In this document: in pieces, positions 49,095-61,235 of the stretch | Layout of the letters: every line of letters begins with the position of its first letter | Numbering within the stretch: position 1 is the stretch's first letter | Source: Phoronis australis | Taxonomy: Eukaryota; Animalia; Phoronida | Assembly (NCBI GenBank): GCA_002633005.1 | Contig: NMRA01000119.1 | Location: 1-64,000, forward strand | Direction: 5' to 3' | Length of the DNA stretch: 64,000 nucleotides | The notes under the pieces: model-generated | The model's database searches: none | What the model saw: only the letters and a program-made list of their open reading frames with translations | What the model was told of the DNA's origin: nothing | Position numbers and translations under genes: made by a program

Positions 49095-49148
49095 CTTGCT
49101 CTGTCTGTCTGTCCGTCTGTCTGTTCGTCCATCCGTCCGTTCGTCCCT
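49095..49148. repeat. (TCTG/TCCG)n microsatellite
   Basis: ctgtctgtctgtccgtctgtctgttcgtccatccgtccg. Confidence 0.75.
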
Positions 49149-49459
49149 CCCAGCCACAATCCCGACCACCCACCGGGGCAAATTGAAAACGATTAGGCTG
49201 CTTTGTCAATACTCTGGTAATAATTTTCAGAGCACTTAGTAATTTTAAAACTCTTTGTAAATTAATCGAATTAATGTTATTGTTTAAAATTTGGCATTTG
49301 TTTTTTTCAACTGGATAAAAGACGTAAGAATGAGGTCATAAATCATGACGTTCTGATGACATCATCACAATAGGCCCTTTGCATATAGCGGAGGGAACGC
49401 GCTGAATGTGAAAAATGTAACATAACCTTAAATTCCGAGAGTTAGAAGGATTAATAATC

Positions 49460-50152
49460 ATGGCAGCGATGTGTTTTGAAAAATTTGAACAGTTCTCGAG
49501 CGATGGGTCGCAGAACTCGGACGAACCGGAAACAAACGAGGACACAGCTGATGAGGAAGAAGTACAGTCGCGCTCTGAGCGCAATTCATCTTCCGAATCA
49601 ATAGGCTCACCTGAAGTTACGGTTGAACCAGCGACATCCGAGGAAGATGTTTCGTGCAAAGAATTGACGGAAGGCAAGACTTCGTCATCGGATTCAGCTG
49701 CCGTCCAAAGTTTTATCAGTGAATCCGTCAGCTCAATTAAAAGCGACGACGAAACAAATGAGGCAGACGACGACGAAACAAATGAGGCAGACGACAACGG
49801 AAGAGAGTCGACAGTCAACTGTTCCAATAGGCGGTCCAGCAGTGACGTTGAAAGTTTTGATGAGGAAAGTCTCCCAAAAACACGATCAGAACTTGAGTAT
49901 GAAAGATTCCTTGCATTTAATGAGATGATGCTTGAAAGATTAAAACACATTGATGAATGGCCACCGCCCAGACCGAGTCTATGGAAAAGGTTTAAAAACA
50001 GATTTTATAAATGTTTCCCGCGACTCAAGCCAAAACCAAAGGACAGGAGATACATCATTCATTTCCCGAAGCCATGGCTCAAACCCAGGACGTATGATTG
50101 GTATCTTCCAGATCAATTTGACTGCATCGGATGGATGTGCTCGAGTTATTAG
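49460..50152 (+). CDS. Intronless hypothetical protein, 230 aa (acidic Ser-rich disordered N-terminus, basic/aromatic C-terminus)
   Basis: Longest gap-free ORF in the window; Kozak-like ataATCATGG; clear compositional zoning; in-frame 21-nt repeat; no family recognised. Confidence 0.6.
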   Translation: MAAMCFEKFEQFSSDGSQNSDEPETNEDTADEEEVQSRSERNSSSESIGSPEVTVEPATSEEDVSCKELTEGKTSSSDSAAVQSFISESVSSIKSDDETNEADDDETNEADDNGRESTVNCSNRRSSSDVESFDEESLPKTRSELEYERFLAFNEMMLERLKHIDEWPPPRPSLWKRFKNRFYKCFPRLKPKPKDRRYIIHFPKPWLKPRTYDWYLPDQFDCIGWMCSSY

Positions 50153-52480
50153 CCTTAACATGATTTTATACAGGTAAAATTTTCACATACATCTTACTGA
50201 TAGATTTGAATTTCTGTTTAAAAAGCTGAGGAGCTCATGAATATCAATTTATCTCTGAAACAAGGCTTGAGCAGTATGGAGGTTTGTTCGTATTCCAACA
50301 GCAAACACAAATCGAAGCTTATGCACCAAATTAGCCAGTTAAAAACTTTTTGTTTCAATTTATAATAGTTAATTGTATTTAAAGCATATTCTACGGTGGT
50401 ATTTTTGTTGATTTTTCTTTCCAAAATGACAAGACGTGTTCTCGCACAAAAGGGGTAAACTGTCGCTAAATTCAATGTGAAGTAAGGCTTACTACCGCGG
50501 CGTGGTCTTCCTTGCGGACCTCATATCTTGCCGTTGTCATCAGAATAACTAGTTAATAGCGAGTGCAAGCATGCATCCACATAGCCAGGCAGTTATATAA
50601 TTGGATCCGGGAGTTTTAAACTCATATAATCTCTCGCGTTCAGTCCCTCACGGAAAAGTCTTTTTCCGGCCAACTCGACATGAAATTTATATAACTGCAG
50701 AATGCAGGGTACGAATGTTGTTGTCACTCTTGGGTTTGATTGACCTTCACCTTGGAGCAGGAGACTTCCGAAATCGTCTCTCCAAACCTGCCCCAGGAGA
50801 AGGGTCGCATCAAAATAAAAGAGCCAAAATCTGTGCCCAGCTGGAAAAAAAAGACAACATTGATCACACATGGTAGCCTCGTCAAATCGTCCGTTTATAA
50901 ATTATAAATTAAAAAGGGGAGCGCTGGATGGAATGGTGAGAATAAAAATCTGAAAGGCGAAATAGCTTAAGGCATAGGGTATCAACTGAAGGACTCGTAA
51001 TCAGATTACAAGAATATTCCCACTTGCGTCCCAGAGGATGAGTACTTAAACTGTTCACCCATCAAAAGTAATGTTTATCCATTGTTTGAAACCATCATCA
51101 ATTTTATATTACGTCAAACGATCGGAAATATTTTCAGACTGACGATTTTATGCTTGTGTTTCAGTTGGTTGCCGTAATGGACAACATGGTGTATGGACTA
51201 CGACGATTCCTGCAGGTTAGGAACCAAGTATTTCATAAAATACCTCCAAAATCCCTATGCATAACATATAATCAAATCTGCAGTCGTGTGTTGTACCTTT
51301 AAATGTGTAAAATGCACGGAGGCGTGTTTATGTGGTGCCACTTTCTCTCCGTTCTCACGTATGCCTACTTTATGACACAGTGTTTTTCAATTCCTGGATA
51401 GATAACGTTGAATCGTGAAATGGCGAAGATTAGAGATGGGCACGCTGTTTTAGTTTTGCAACCTATCGCCATCATCGCCATTGTTGTCATCAAATTTATT
51501 GCTGTCATCATTATTGCTTCCCGATGAATGGACACGTCTTTTACATGCTTTTCAGTGCGCCCATCGCTGCAGGAGACGTCGAAAGTCATTACCATGTCCG
51601 ATATGAAGAAGGTCGACCGTGCGATAGAATGTGATCATGTGAGCGCTCACAAGAAATCCAGCGAGTTGTCAAGTGTCCAAGTTCAAACAGCGCGTATCGA
51701 AGAAATCTCGGAGAAACATATCTCGTCGATATCTCCTGAAGAAAACATGACTAGCCTAGGGCACGAAGCTTCAGTTTTCTACGCAGAAGATCCCACTGCC
51801 TCAAACTTCTATTTAAATAGCTACCGGTCTAAGGAAATCTGTGACATTTGACAATTCTTCCAGAGACAATTTCAATTCTTTCTATCACGATGGCATGGAC
51901 CAGTTGCATATGTGTACATCTTACCACAAAAGACGACAGGTTAGTTTTATACAAGAGACCACTGTGCAGGGAACAAGCTTTCCAGGCTCGATTTGATAAA
52001 CACAGACCTTGTAGCTAACACATCGTACAACAGCCCAAAAAACTGGATGCCAAAGAACGAACCTAGAAAACATGAAAAACCCAGACGCACGAAATTTTTT
52101 ATTATTTTAGCAGAACCAAAAGTTTCAATGTAAACTGTATAATCAGATGAAATGTTTGTGCAAAGATCATCTGCTGCATGACTAAGGTAAATATATCAAT
52201 GAATTAATGAATGTTTAATTAAAAATTTTATGTGTTCGTGTTTTGGATCATCCTGTGCATATCGGGCATTTCAAGACACAAACGGCAGTATTTGATTAGC
52301 TAAGTTGTATTTCTTTATCATCTTACTTTGCTTTATTTTTCTAAATAAACAAAAATACAATAAAAAATATAAATTATTTTGTGTTTGTTTTAATTAAGGA
52401 CATTAGCGATCCACACGTAAAATTTGGGTCTGATTTTTTCAGTGAAATGTAGATTTTTTGAATCTCAATAGAAGAACCAG

Positions 52481-52899
52481 TGGTCGGTTGCATGAAACAG
52501 TCCCAAATAAGGACTTAACTAAGTTCCCTAAATCTCTTTCGTATTTGTTTCGTTCTTTAGGCACAGATGTCATATTTTTCTTGAATTTGCTCTTCTTTAA
52601 CTAATGGCGTTTTCTAATAACATCACTAAAAACTGAGCCCTTGATTCAATCAAAATAATTAGGGACTTAATCCTTAAATTGGGGGCGTTACGTGAGAAGA
52701 TCCCTACTTATTTTCAATAATGTTAAGAAATCAATGTATAGTTAACTCACGACTTGTACCAAAGCCAAAATTTGGCATAGTAATGATACTCAAACAGCAT
52801 AAGATAGGACAATCAATGTTTTCACAACTCCACAAACACGCAGTATATTTAGTAAACTTAGCTGAGTCCCTATTTGGAACAGTTTCATGCAACCGAGCA
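52481..52899. mobile_element. PIF/Harbinger-like MITE
   Basis: ~35-bp TIRs tggtcggttgcatgaaacagtcccaaataaggact / agtccctatttggaacagtttcatgcaaccgagca with CAG target duplication. Confidence 0.75.
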
Positions 52900-53607
52900 C
52901 AGATCTCTTACCAATTTTTGCTGAACTGATCTTGAAATAAGCAAAAATATTTACTGTGACAGGCAATAGAGTTTATTCCTATGACTGCATCGGACCTCTT
53001 CGAAGAGCCAGTACACCACAGGGGGCTTACCGTACAAAATGATGTGTATTTAGAGGCCCATTCCCCTATATTCGAGCCTGAGCTTGTATCTGGAATTAGG
53101 CGCCATTTAAGGAAAACCTTGCTCGAAGGTCATGCTTAAAGAAGTCGCATCCTATTTATTTTTTTAATATACTCAGCTATTTTGCTCGTGGATTGCGGTC
53201 AAGAATTTTACCGAACCAAGGTAAAAGGGATATTATCGCCTTTAAAGGGGGTATTGTTGGATGAAATAGATTTCTTTCAGTTATTAGTTTGGCCAGAGCT
53301 TCGTTGTGTTTTTTGTGATTTTATTACGAAGCGCCAAATATCACCGTTGTCTGCCAGAGATTGGCTGAAATCAAGATCTATGTATTTACCAAAACTTAAA
53401 AATGCATTGATATTTGACCGTTAGGTTTGACTTAGCGGCAGAACGTACGTCTGCTACTGTGCATTTCTGTAAAATTACTTTTCTTGCCAGCCGAGCACTA
53501 ATAAAGTACCAAATTTCCTCATCCTTCACAAATATGAAAACATTAAGTTTTCTTTTGTAACAAATAGTCACTGAACTGGACTGTTATACCTGCTATTCCT
53601 ACTAGCC

Positions 53608-53742
53608 CCCAGGGGTCGCACCCAGAGTGCAGACAACGGCAGACCTCCATTTCTGTACATACTGATGTGGACTCTAAATGCTCCCGTGGTCAGATGTTGG
53701 TACCTCGTTCATCTATGCTAAGTGCTCTGGGCTGCCGGTCAA
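53608..53742. mobile_element. Isolated second Academ right end (135 bp)
   Basis: Nearly identical to 45011-45145; followed by TAT, which matches the TAT before 41506. Confidence 0.85.
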
Positions 53743-54560
53743 TATCCACGGTCTCAACTGACGCACTGTCATACTCGTCGTCAAACAAATTTTCCTTTCC
53801 AGAAGACTGATAACTGGTTCCAGCTTCGTGCAATTGTCTCACGTGCTTTCTTCTCTTTTCGGTTTCCCCGCTTCGCAGGTTTAGTGTTGGGTTGACAGCA
53901 CCCCTCAAAATGGTTCATCTGTTTGCAGCGGTTGCATTTCTTGCCGAATGCTGGACAGCGCTTTGGTGGGTGCATGCATCTACATTTCGTGCAATTAATC
54001 TGTCGATTGCGAGTCCGTCGTAGTTCATCAGTATTACTTGTGGTATCAGAACACTGCATGACCTCCTGCCTCACTTTATCAACTTCTGGCATTTGTCGTT
54101 GTGCTGCCTCCGCCGCCCTCTCCGTGTCTTACACCTGAGTACTTGTCGCGGTCTTTGGGAAGGCATGAACATTTTCCAAAATCTTTGAATCCATATTTAA
54201 GGGCTTCAGTCTCCACGATGCGCAAAATGTCATTTGGATATTCACATTGCTGTAACAACTTCTTTATCTGAGCATAAAATTGATCAACAGTCTCATCGGC
54301 TTGGTGCTCGATAAACTTTAATTTCATCGGTGACGCATTCCACGATTCTTCTGTGCCTTCCTTCTTGGCACAAATGCCATCGAAAAACGTCCACTGGGTT
54401 ATCTTCTCGTTATCATTACCATCAATGGAATGACTTGCATGTTTCACACTAGCCAGGCAGCTAGATGTACGAAGACTTTCGTCAAATACAGCTGGGTACC
54501 ACCGTGTGTTTTTCTTCCATAGACCCCGAAATTGCACACAGCCAGGGTAGTTCTGCTAGT
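53743..54560 (-). mobile_element. Ty3/Gypsy remnant, 5' part (gag with zinc knuckles, frameshifted)
   Basis: HQADETVDQFYAQIKKLLQQCEY; CTKCRCMHPPKRCPAFGKKCNRCKQMNHF; joins in frame to the protease region at 41505 once the insertion is removed. Confidence 0.8.
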
Positions 54561-55255
54561 CAACCTGGTATTATGGAACACAAAGTTGTGTTATTTCATG
54601 TTCATTAAGACGTGTAAAAGGCCAAACGTTGAACGCCCTGAATTTTTACTGATTAATTGTATCAAGCAGCCATCAAAAGTCCAAGTAATATGTATAGAAT
54701 ATTCTTTTGAATGACAAAATTCTTCAGATGTACAGCAACTGTGAGGTATCCACATTCTAAAATCTTAGTCTTGATAGGGTGGAATCTTATGAATTATTGT
54801 AATTATTTCCCTGCTGATTTAATGAGTCTCTGATTCAATTAATTTTTACGTTACTATTAAGCCCTGATATTTTTCGCATTTTGGCAAAATTCTGGGTTTT
54901 TAGTGTTAAAACGTATTTTTAGCTTATGAAGTATGCGGAATGACATCAAATTATGAGTTTCTTTTGTTTCTGGTATAATTTACAACATCAAGAATTGATG
55001 AATAACTTTCTAATGATATGACTCTTATGCAATTCGGTTGAAAAAATGGCGGCGTTGCGCAAAATTTTAGAGACAGTAAATTCCATAGCACCAGGAAAAC
55101 ATTGATAAGTCATTGCATCATAGGTTTTTATAATTTATGCTTATGCAGGCAGTTACTTACTTATTTCGCATCGGTCGTCATTTGCTTTTGCTTACGAGTC
55201 AGTCAACATGTCACGCTGTTGCTGCGTACTGGGGTGTACTCATTATCGTCTCACG

Positions 55256-56227
55256 TACAGAGGAAGAACTGTCCCACTTGCCCGAGTGTCCCGCGACACA
55301 CTCCCATTGAAGGGTGATCTGAGCACCCAAACTGCTTACATCCCGCCGTGTGACTCCCTCGCCACACATCTGGCACCTTCCAAATAGCTCCAATACAAGT
55401 CCACAATAAACTTATCAAACGTAGGCTCATTGGATGACGAACTGCATGTCCTCTTCACTGGGTGTTGAACTGGGCCTGTATTCACTCCCACTACTCAACA
55501 TCGCTGCATGGCTGCTTACAGACTTTGAGCTAGCACAAGGCGAATCACTGCTAGTTCCCGGAATTGCACGCAATGGGGTACGTTCGGAGGTACGGGTGAC
55601 AGTAGATGAAGTGCCTCCAGTCACTGTATATAGTGGCCACAGTTCGCGAGGCTTCTCGCTTCAAAAACGCACTTCTCGGGGTTGGCGACGGGGCACTGCC
55701 GGGAATCAACAGCGACGGTATGGTACCCTTCTTCAGGGACCTTCATCAATTCAGCGTACATATCTGTCATAATGCTTGCCACACACTCGGTAACCCTCCA
55801 CTGCTTTGTACGTTGCGTGGACGAGTAGCGCTGCGTTCTTCACATGAACGAGCTAGCCAAGTACGGCGAAGTGTGCCCTCCTTCGGAAAGCGACGCAAGG
55901 TACCCAAAGCGCGTGTGAGACAATAATGAGTACATCCCGGCACGCAGCAACAACGTGGCATGTTGACTGACTTGTAAACAAAAGCAAACGACGACCGAAC
56001 TTATCACAACCGAGGTAGAGCAATGACTGACTCGACAGCTCTCACAGTCAGACTATAATGAAAAGAAATTGGCGCGAAACTCTTGCCTCCCAAAACGTCA
56101 CTTCCGGAGTAGAGGACGAGAAATTAATCAAATTACGAAAACCTGTAATTAAGTGAAAAATGTGTCTGGGATAATCAACGAACCTTATTTTTGCTAAAAA
56201 TGACATGAAAAAAGGTTGCTTTCACCT
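55256..56227 (-). mobile_element. THAP-domain DNA transposon remnant, Kolobok-like
   Basis: MPRCCCVPGC...RRFPKE...TW plus frameshifted YRVCGKH (THAP); downstream LELFGRCQMCG...WECVAGHSGKWDS; terminus TTAA|AGGTG on the minus strand at 56227. Confidence 0.65.
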
Positions 56228-56877
56228 TTAACGACATCAGCACAATTGGTCCTTTGTACATAGCAGGAGACGTTGAAAGTTATTACGACGTGCGCGAAAT
56301 GGAGAAGGTCGATAGAATGTGATCATGTGAGAGCTCACAAGAAATCTAGCAAGTTGTCAAGTGTCATAGAAATCAAGGAGAACCATATCTGGTCAAATCC
56401 GGAAGAAAACGAGATTTTCGCCGAGGACACGAAGCTCCAGTTTTCTGCTCAGAAGATCTCAATGTCTCAAATTTCTTAAAGGCCTAATATGGTGCTAAAA
56501 GGACTATTTTTACATCTTAAATACATTTATAGATGAAAAACATCAAAATAATTAATGTGTCATAGCATACCCCAATCGTTAAAAAAGTAGTCCTTTGACA
56601 TTACACTAGCCCCATCATGAACCCCATTTAGCGCCAAAAAACTTGACATGGCGTTACAACGAATTTGGCTTTCACCGTGTCTCCCGGGAATCAGCGAAGA
56701 CTGGTCGTTTAATTTAGAGCAAATGCGTGGAATCCAAGGAAACACGTTAATTGTTCATTTGATGTCAATTAATATTCAAAATGATCAAAATTATTATTTT
56801 TAGAAGTTTACACGCATGAACCTTGGATCGAGGTCCCTCTCTAACAGCTCCAATTAAACGTATTACCTAAGGAGGTG

Positions 56878-56925
56878 TGACGTCATTGACACTTCTTTCC
56901 GGTTACCGGATGACGTCACTTCCTG
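56878..56925. promoter_or_regulatory. Two palindromic CRE sites plus an ETS-CRE composite motif
   Basis: TGACGTCA at 56878 and 56911; the second is followed by CTTCCTG; ttccgg/ccgga between them. Confidence 0.35.
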
Positions 56926-59900
56926 TTGCACTCATCACACATGATCTTTGACCTTTAACCGAGGACCCACAAAACCAATTTACTATACTACTTTCGCTAT
57001 CTTGGGTTGCGAGCTTGTCAATAAAAATCCCTAGCAGCGTTAAATATGATTTTAAAAACATTTAGAAGAAACAAAATATAACAAAGGCAAGTAAACTTGC
57101 GCAATTTATTATCCCAATGCAAATTATAATACGATAGGCTTGCAAGTAAGCCACAGCAAATTACATCCGACAACATTAAGTGACGATAAATAAAACCGTT
57201 AAGCACACTCTTAATTAAATATTCAGGTATACCAAATCACAACCAAATTCGACGCGGAGTGAACACCTTGACTAAATCGTGAAACAAATTAGGCACCCTA
57301 GACTTATTTCGTCGGTAAAAACCAAAATTGTCGAGCAAACGCTCAAAAAGGATTTTTGTCTTCTGACTCTGGTGTTAAGTTCCCGAACGACTTTGAAGAC
57401 GTTAGGGAAACCAGTTTTGTGGGGGCTTGGGGAAAATTGTTTCAATTTCATCAACTCACAAGGGCAATCTTTCATAAGCTAATGAAAAACTGAAGTTTCA
57501 ACATAAATACACGTTCACTCGAATCGCATGGATGTGCACCCATGAACATAACGAATGTCTGCACGACTTTTTGTTTACGGAACAAGAGCAATGCAAAGCG
57601 TTGAAATGCGCCCACGACAGCACCGCAAACAGGATGTTCGTGAAGGCCGTAAAAATGGCCACTAGGTGACTCAAAATGCGTCGAATCCGTCCGAAAGTGG
57701 GAAAGCGCCGTCGTCTCCCAAACAAAGCTATTTGCAAAAAATTCCGAAATTCGTCCAGGATTCCCGAAAAAAATGCCACTACAGAAAGCCATAGAAACTG
57801 GACAGTCCAAAAATGAACGTCAGTCGTGCCGCCAGACGGAGCATACATCATCAAATGAAAATAGAAAGGAGTCGTCTCTTACAGAAAATATTTGCCAAAT
57901 TTCACGAAAATCTGACAAGGAACTCTGAAGGTACGTCACTAATTGAAACTTAAAAAATGTCACTCGGGGGAAACAGCACCATCCCAGTCTTCTCAGCAGA
58001 AACAAATCTCCCAATTTTCCTAATCATTATTCGAGCCGTTTGCCAAAAATCAAAATGTCGATTAGGTGGCACAGTCATGTTGAATCTGTCAGAAAATGGG
58101 AAGATGTCGTCGTCTCCTTAAATAAACCCCTTTTCCCAAACTGTCTTGACAATTCATCAAAGATAGATAGGCAAACGAAAAATATTAAAATTACCACAAG
58201 TGGAGGGGCAGTTGGGTCGGACCGACAGTCATAGCCAGCGCCATAGCAACAAATCAGCCAACCCTCACGAGGACGTCCAGCAGAGACGACACTAATATGC
58301 ACCAACATACGTACATGCGGGTGCATTATCATTAAAGACGGACGATGCCCGACTTTCACAATCTCACTGTTCATTCGTTGATTAAGAAAAAAAATCATGC
58401 GCATACTTGGCGAGTGCTCTAAGACCTCTGCCTGTTCAGATCAAACGGTGATCTACTTCAACTAGACTGAAAGACATGACTGATTTACATTTCAAACATA
58501 TTTTAAACAAAAGTAACATGATCAATTTATAACTTCGAACCATCAACTTCATGAAATTCTATCCTTACCGAAAATGAGCTAAGTAAATGGACAACCAAAT
58601 AGCAATTTAAAGCTGTGTTGTTACATCAAATCTATTATGAATGAAAAGTATTTTTTGTGAAATAAGTACAGTCACTTAAATTTCAAGCAATATTGGGGCC
58701 ACAAACAGCTCTTATTGGCCATTAACATACAAACTCCCCCTGGACGAAAATCAACAGTCTTAATATTTAAATTGTCAAGGACAAGTTAGTCCATACAAGT
58801 TGGCGTGGTCACACCAGGTAACTTACAGAACAGGCAGTCTGGTCTTACAAACACAGCGGACTTTCCTATTACCAGCATTCTTTTCTCAGGAACACATTTA
58901 CTTTTCTCACCAGTTGTATTTCCTTGTTCGCACTTAGTAATTCCTTTTTGTAAGCTTATTTCTTATCTCACGAACCCTAACTGGCAGACAGCTTTGCTGC
59001 ACTGTGCCTATCACCCGCTTACTCATGCAGCCTGTCAACAGTGAAAAGAGATTCCAAAGAAATAAAATATATTTGCAAGAAAAGAATTTTGCAGCACAAG
59101 AAAGGAAACAGGGATGGTGTGAAAGTTGTTAGTGAGAACAGTTGACAAGAAAAGAATAATGGCTTTCTGGCTCTCAACACAAACAACAGCTGTGGTAAGG
59201 AACACTGGGTCTGACTTCAAGTAAGATTAACCTGAGGAAAACATTTCTTCCGCTCATTTAGAACTTTGAGCATGCCACTTCAAATAACATACACCTACCG
59301 TAATATCTCACCAATATCTGACAAAAATATTGTTAAAATTGATTTTTTCATATTTCTGATGTTGCAGTGAATGTCCATATTTTCTCAACATATTGTCAGG
59401 TGGTATCTGTTGTATAGAATTTCAAAATAAATTTGTTTGGTGCTACCTAAATTTTAGGAAAAAATAAAACTTCACTTGTGGGTCATGTTTGTGTCCTACA
59501 TTGGTAAGATTTTACAGCCATAAGTTCAAAATCTTCTCCATTCAAGCTTCTACAGTGTGTACAAAGAGTTCCACATTTGTAAAATTTCAATTTGAAACCA
59601 CTAAAGGCGGCCTCACAAAGATACCCGTTAATTATAATAAAACGAATACCTTAATACAATTCAGTAAAAACCCAAAAAGGCATAATTATTTATAAATTAC
59701 AGGAAACCAGCAGCAAAGAACTAATCGACAAGGAGAAGGAATAATTTGTAGAAGAAACAGATCACTAAGAGTGTGGCAACAACTGTCTACTCATTTCAAT
59801 TGATTTATATGACATCATGCACTGCTGAAAATAAAGTCTGAAAAATGTGACTATCCCAATATGGTACTTGAACTGGCCGCATTTTAGGCAACCAGCAGTT

Positions 59901-61102
59901 TAGACAAGTCGTCTGCCAACTCAGTTATCAGAAGAGTACGCCAATTCAGTCAGTAGAGCTCCTGCCCAGCTCAATTCACGGAACAGGACAGTTTGGCAGA
60001 TTTCATTTTTACGATTACGTATAGCCACAGCAATGACTTCTAATTATAATTATTTACTTAAATTTTAACATAATTGTACATCAAGTAGTTCACTTTAGTT
60101 GTTAAATATCCCAGTATCTCAAATTAAAAGTTGATTGCCAATTTTCATCTTGGTCCAAGCTCGTCTCCTACACAAATCAGAACAATTCAGCAGTTACTAT
60201 GCATGACGTGACCACTAAACACAGCCAGAATTTTTGCAGCGGGTGTCCACTTACCTTCACTAGGGTGCTAAAATAGTTTACCTGTCTTCACATGTAATTA
60301 GGAGCAACGTAGGTGGGAGTAGGTGAGTATTTCATTTGACCACAATTTTGCAAAAACATAAGAAATTCATATTGTTACGTAGCCAATTCTTTGATCATGT
60401 CTATTTTCTAACTCACTCTTGCCTATTTTCGTATGTGCTATAGGCGACTCCAGACATCCTCTTACAAGAAAATGAATATGACTTCTCCCATTGCGGGGTG
60501 ATTTTCAGTAGAAGCAGACAGTGCACCTGCGCATCCTGGTTATACCATTCTTCAGCAGCAGTGCCACAGTCCAAATTCCCTTAACACTAGATAATGCCAG
60601 TTGTGAACTCTTAAATTTAGCACTGAAAATTGGCTACAGATAATAAACTCGTCACATTAACGGAACATGGATATTGTACTTTGTTAAGTAATTCCTATAT
60701 ATTTACGCTGTAACCAATAACAGAGTAATAAAGCTTGAATACCTGAATAAAACTGTTTGATATCTGAATTTCTTGAAAAACCTGCTTTTAATAATTACGC
60801 AAAGAATCTTTTGCAATATTCTTTCACAATTGCCCTTTGGGTCACAGTCACTCTACAGCGATACTCTCACAATGCCAAAATCAGTGGACACTCACTGGCT
60901 GTATTAAATAAGTCTGTTCCCCTCATTAGCCACCCTTTCGTAATCTGTCCTCTGCAGTAACTCATGAACTTCCACGATGGTAGTGTCTATAATGTGCAGC
61001 CCACCTTTCTTGTTCATTTCACAGTGACCACAGTCGATAAATGTAATGACGTTCTCTAACACATCTACATCTGTCTCCACATCACACTGACCAATGGTCA
61101 CC

Positions 61103-61235
61103 TCAGAAGCTGCTGTGCATGTAGTCTTCCTTAGATCCTGCTTCAATGTCCACTCTACAGATAGGACACTTCTTGTTGGTGGCTAGCCACTGGTCAACAC
61201 AGGCCGAGTGGAACAGATGCATGCAGGGAAGACGC
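61103..61235 (-). CDS. RNF111: RNF111-like terminal coding exon (RING C-terminal half and stop)
   Basis: [43 protein letters not shown] followed by stop. Confidence 0.93.

Noticed and set aside
49336-49950. 204-aa minus-strand ORF
   Set aside because: Antisense shadow of the 230-aa plus-strand ORF, with low-complexity Ser-rich content.
57472-58404. Overlapping 109-118 aa minus-strand ORFs
   Set aside because: No motifs, no splice support, and several frames are equally open; not called as coding.
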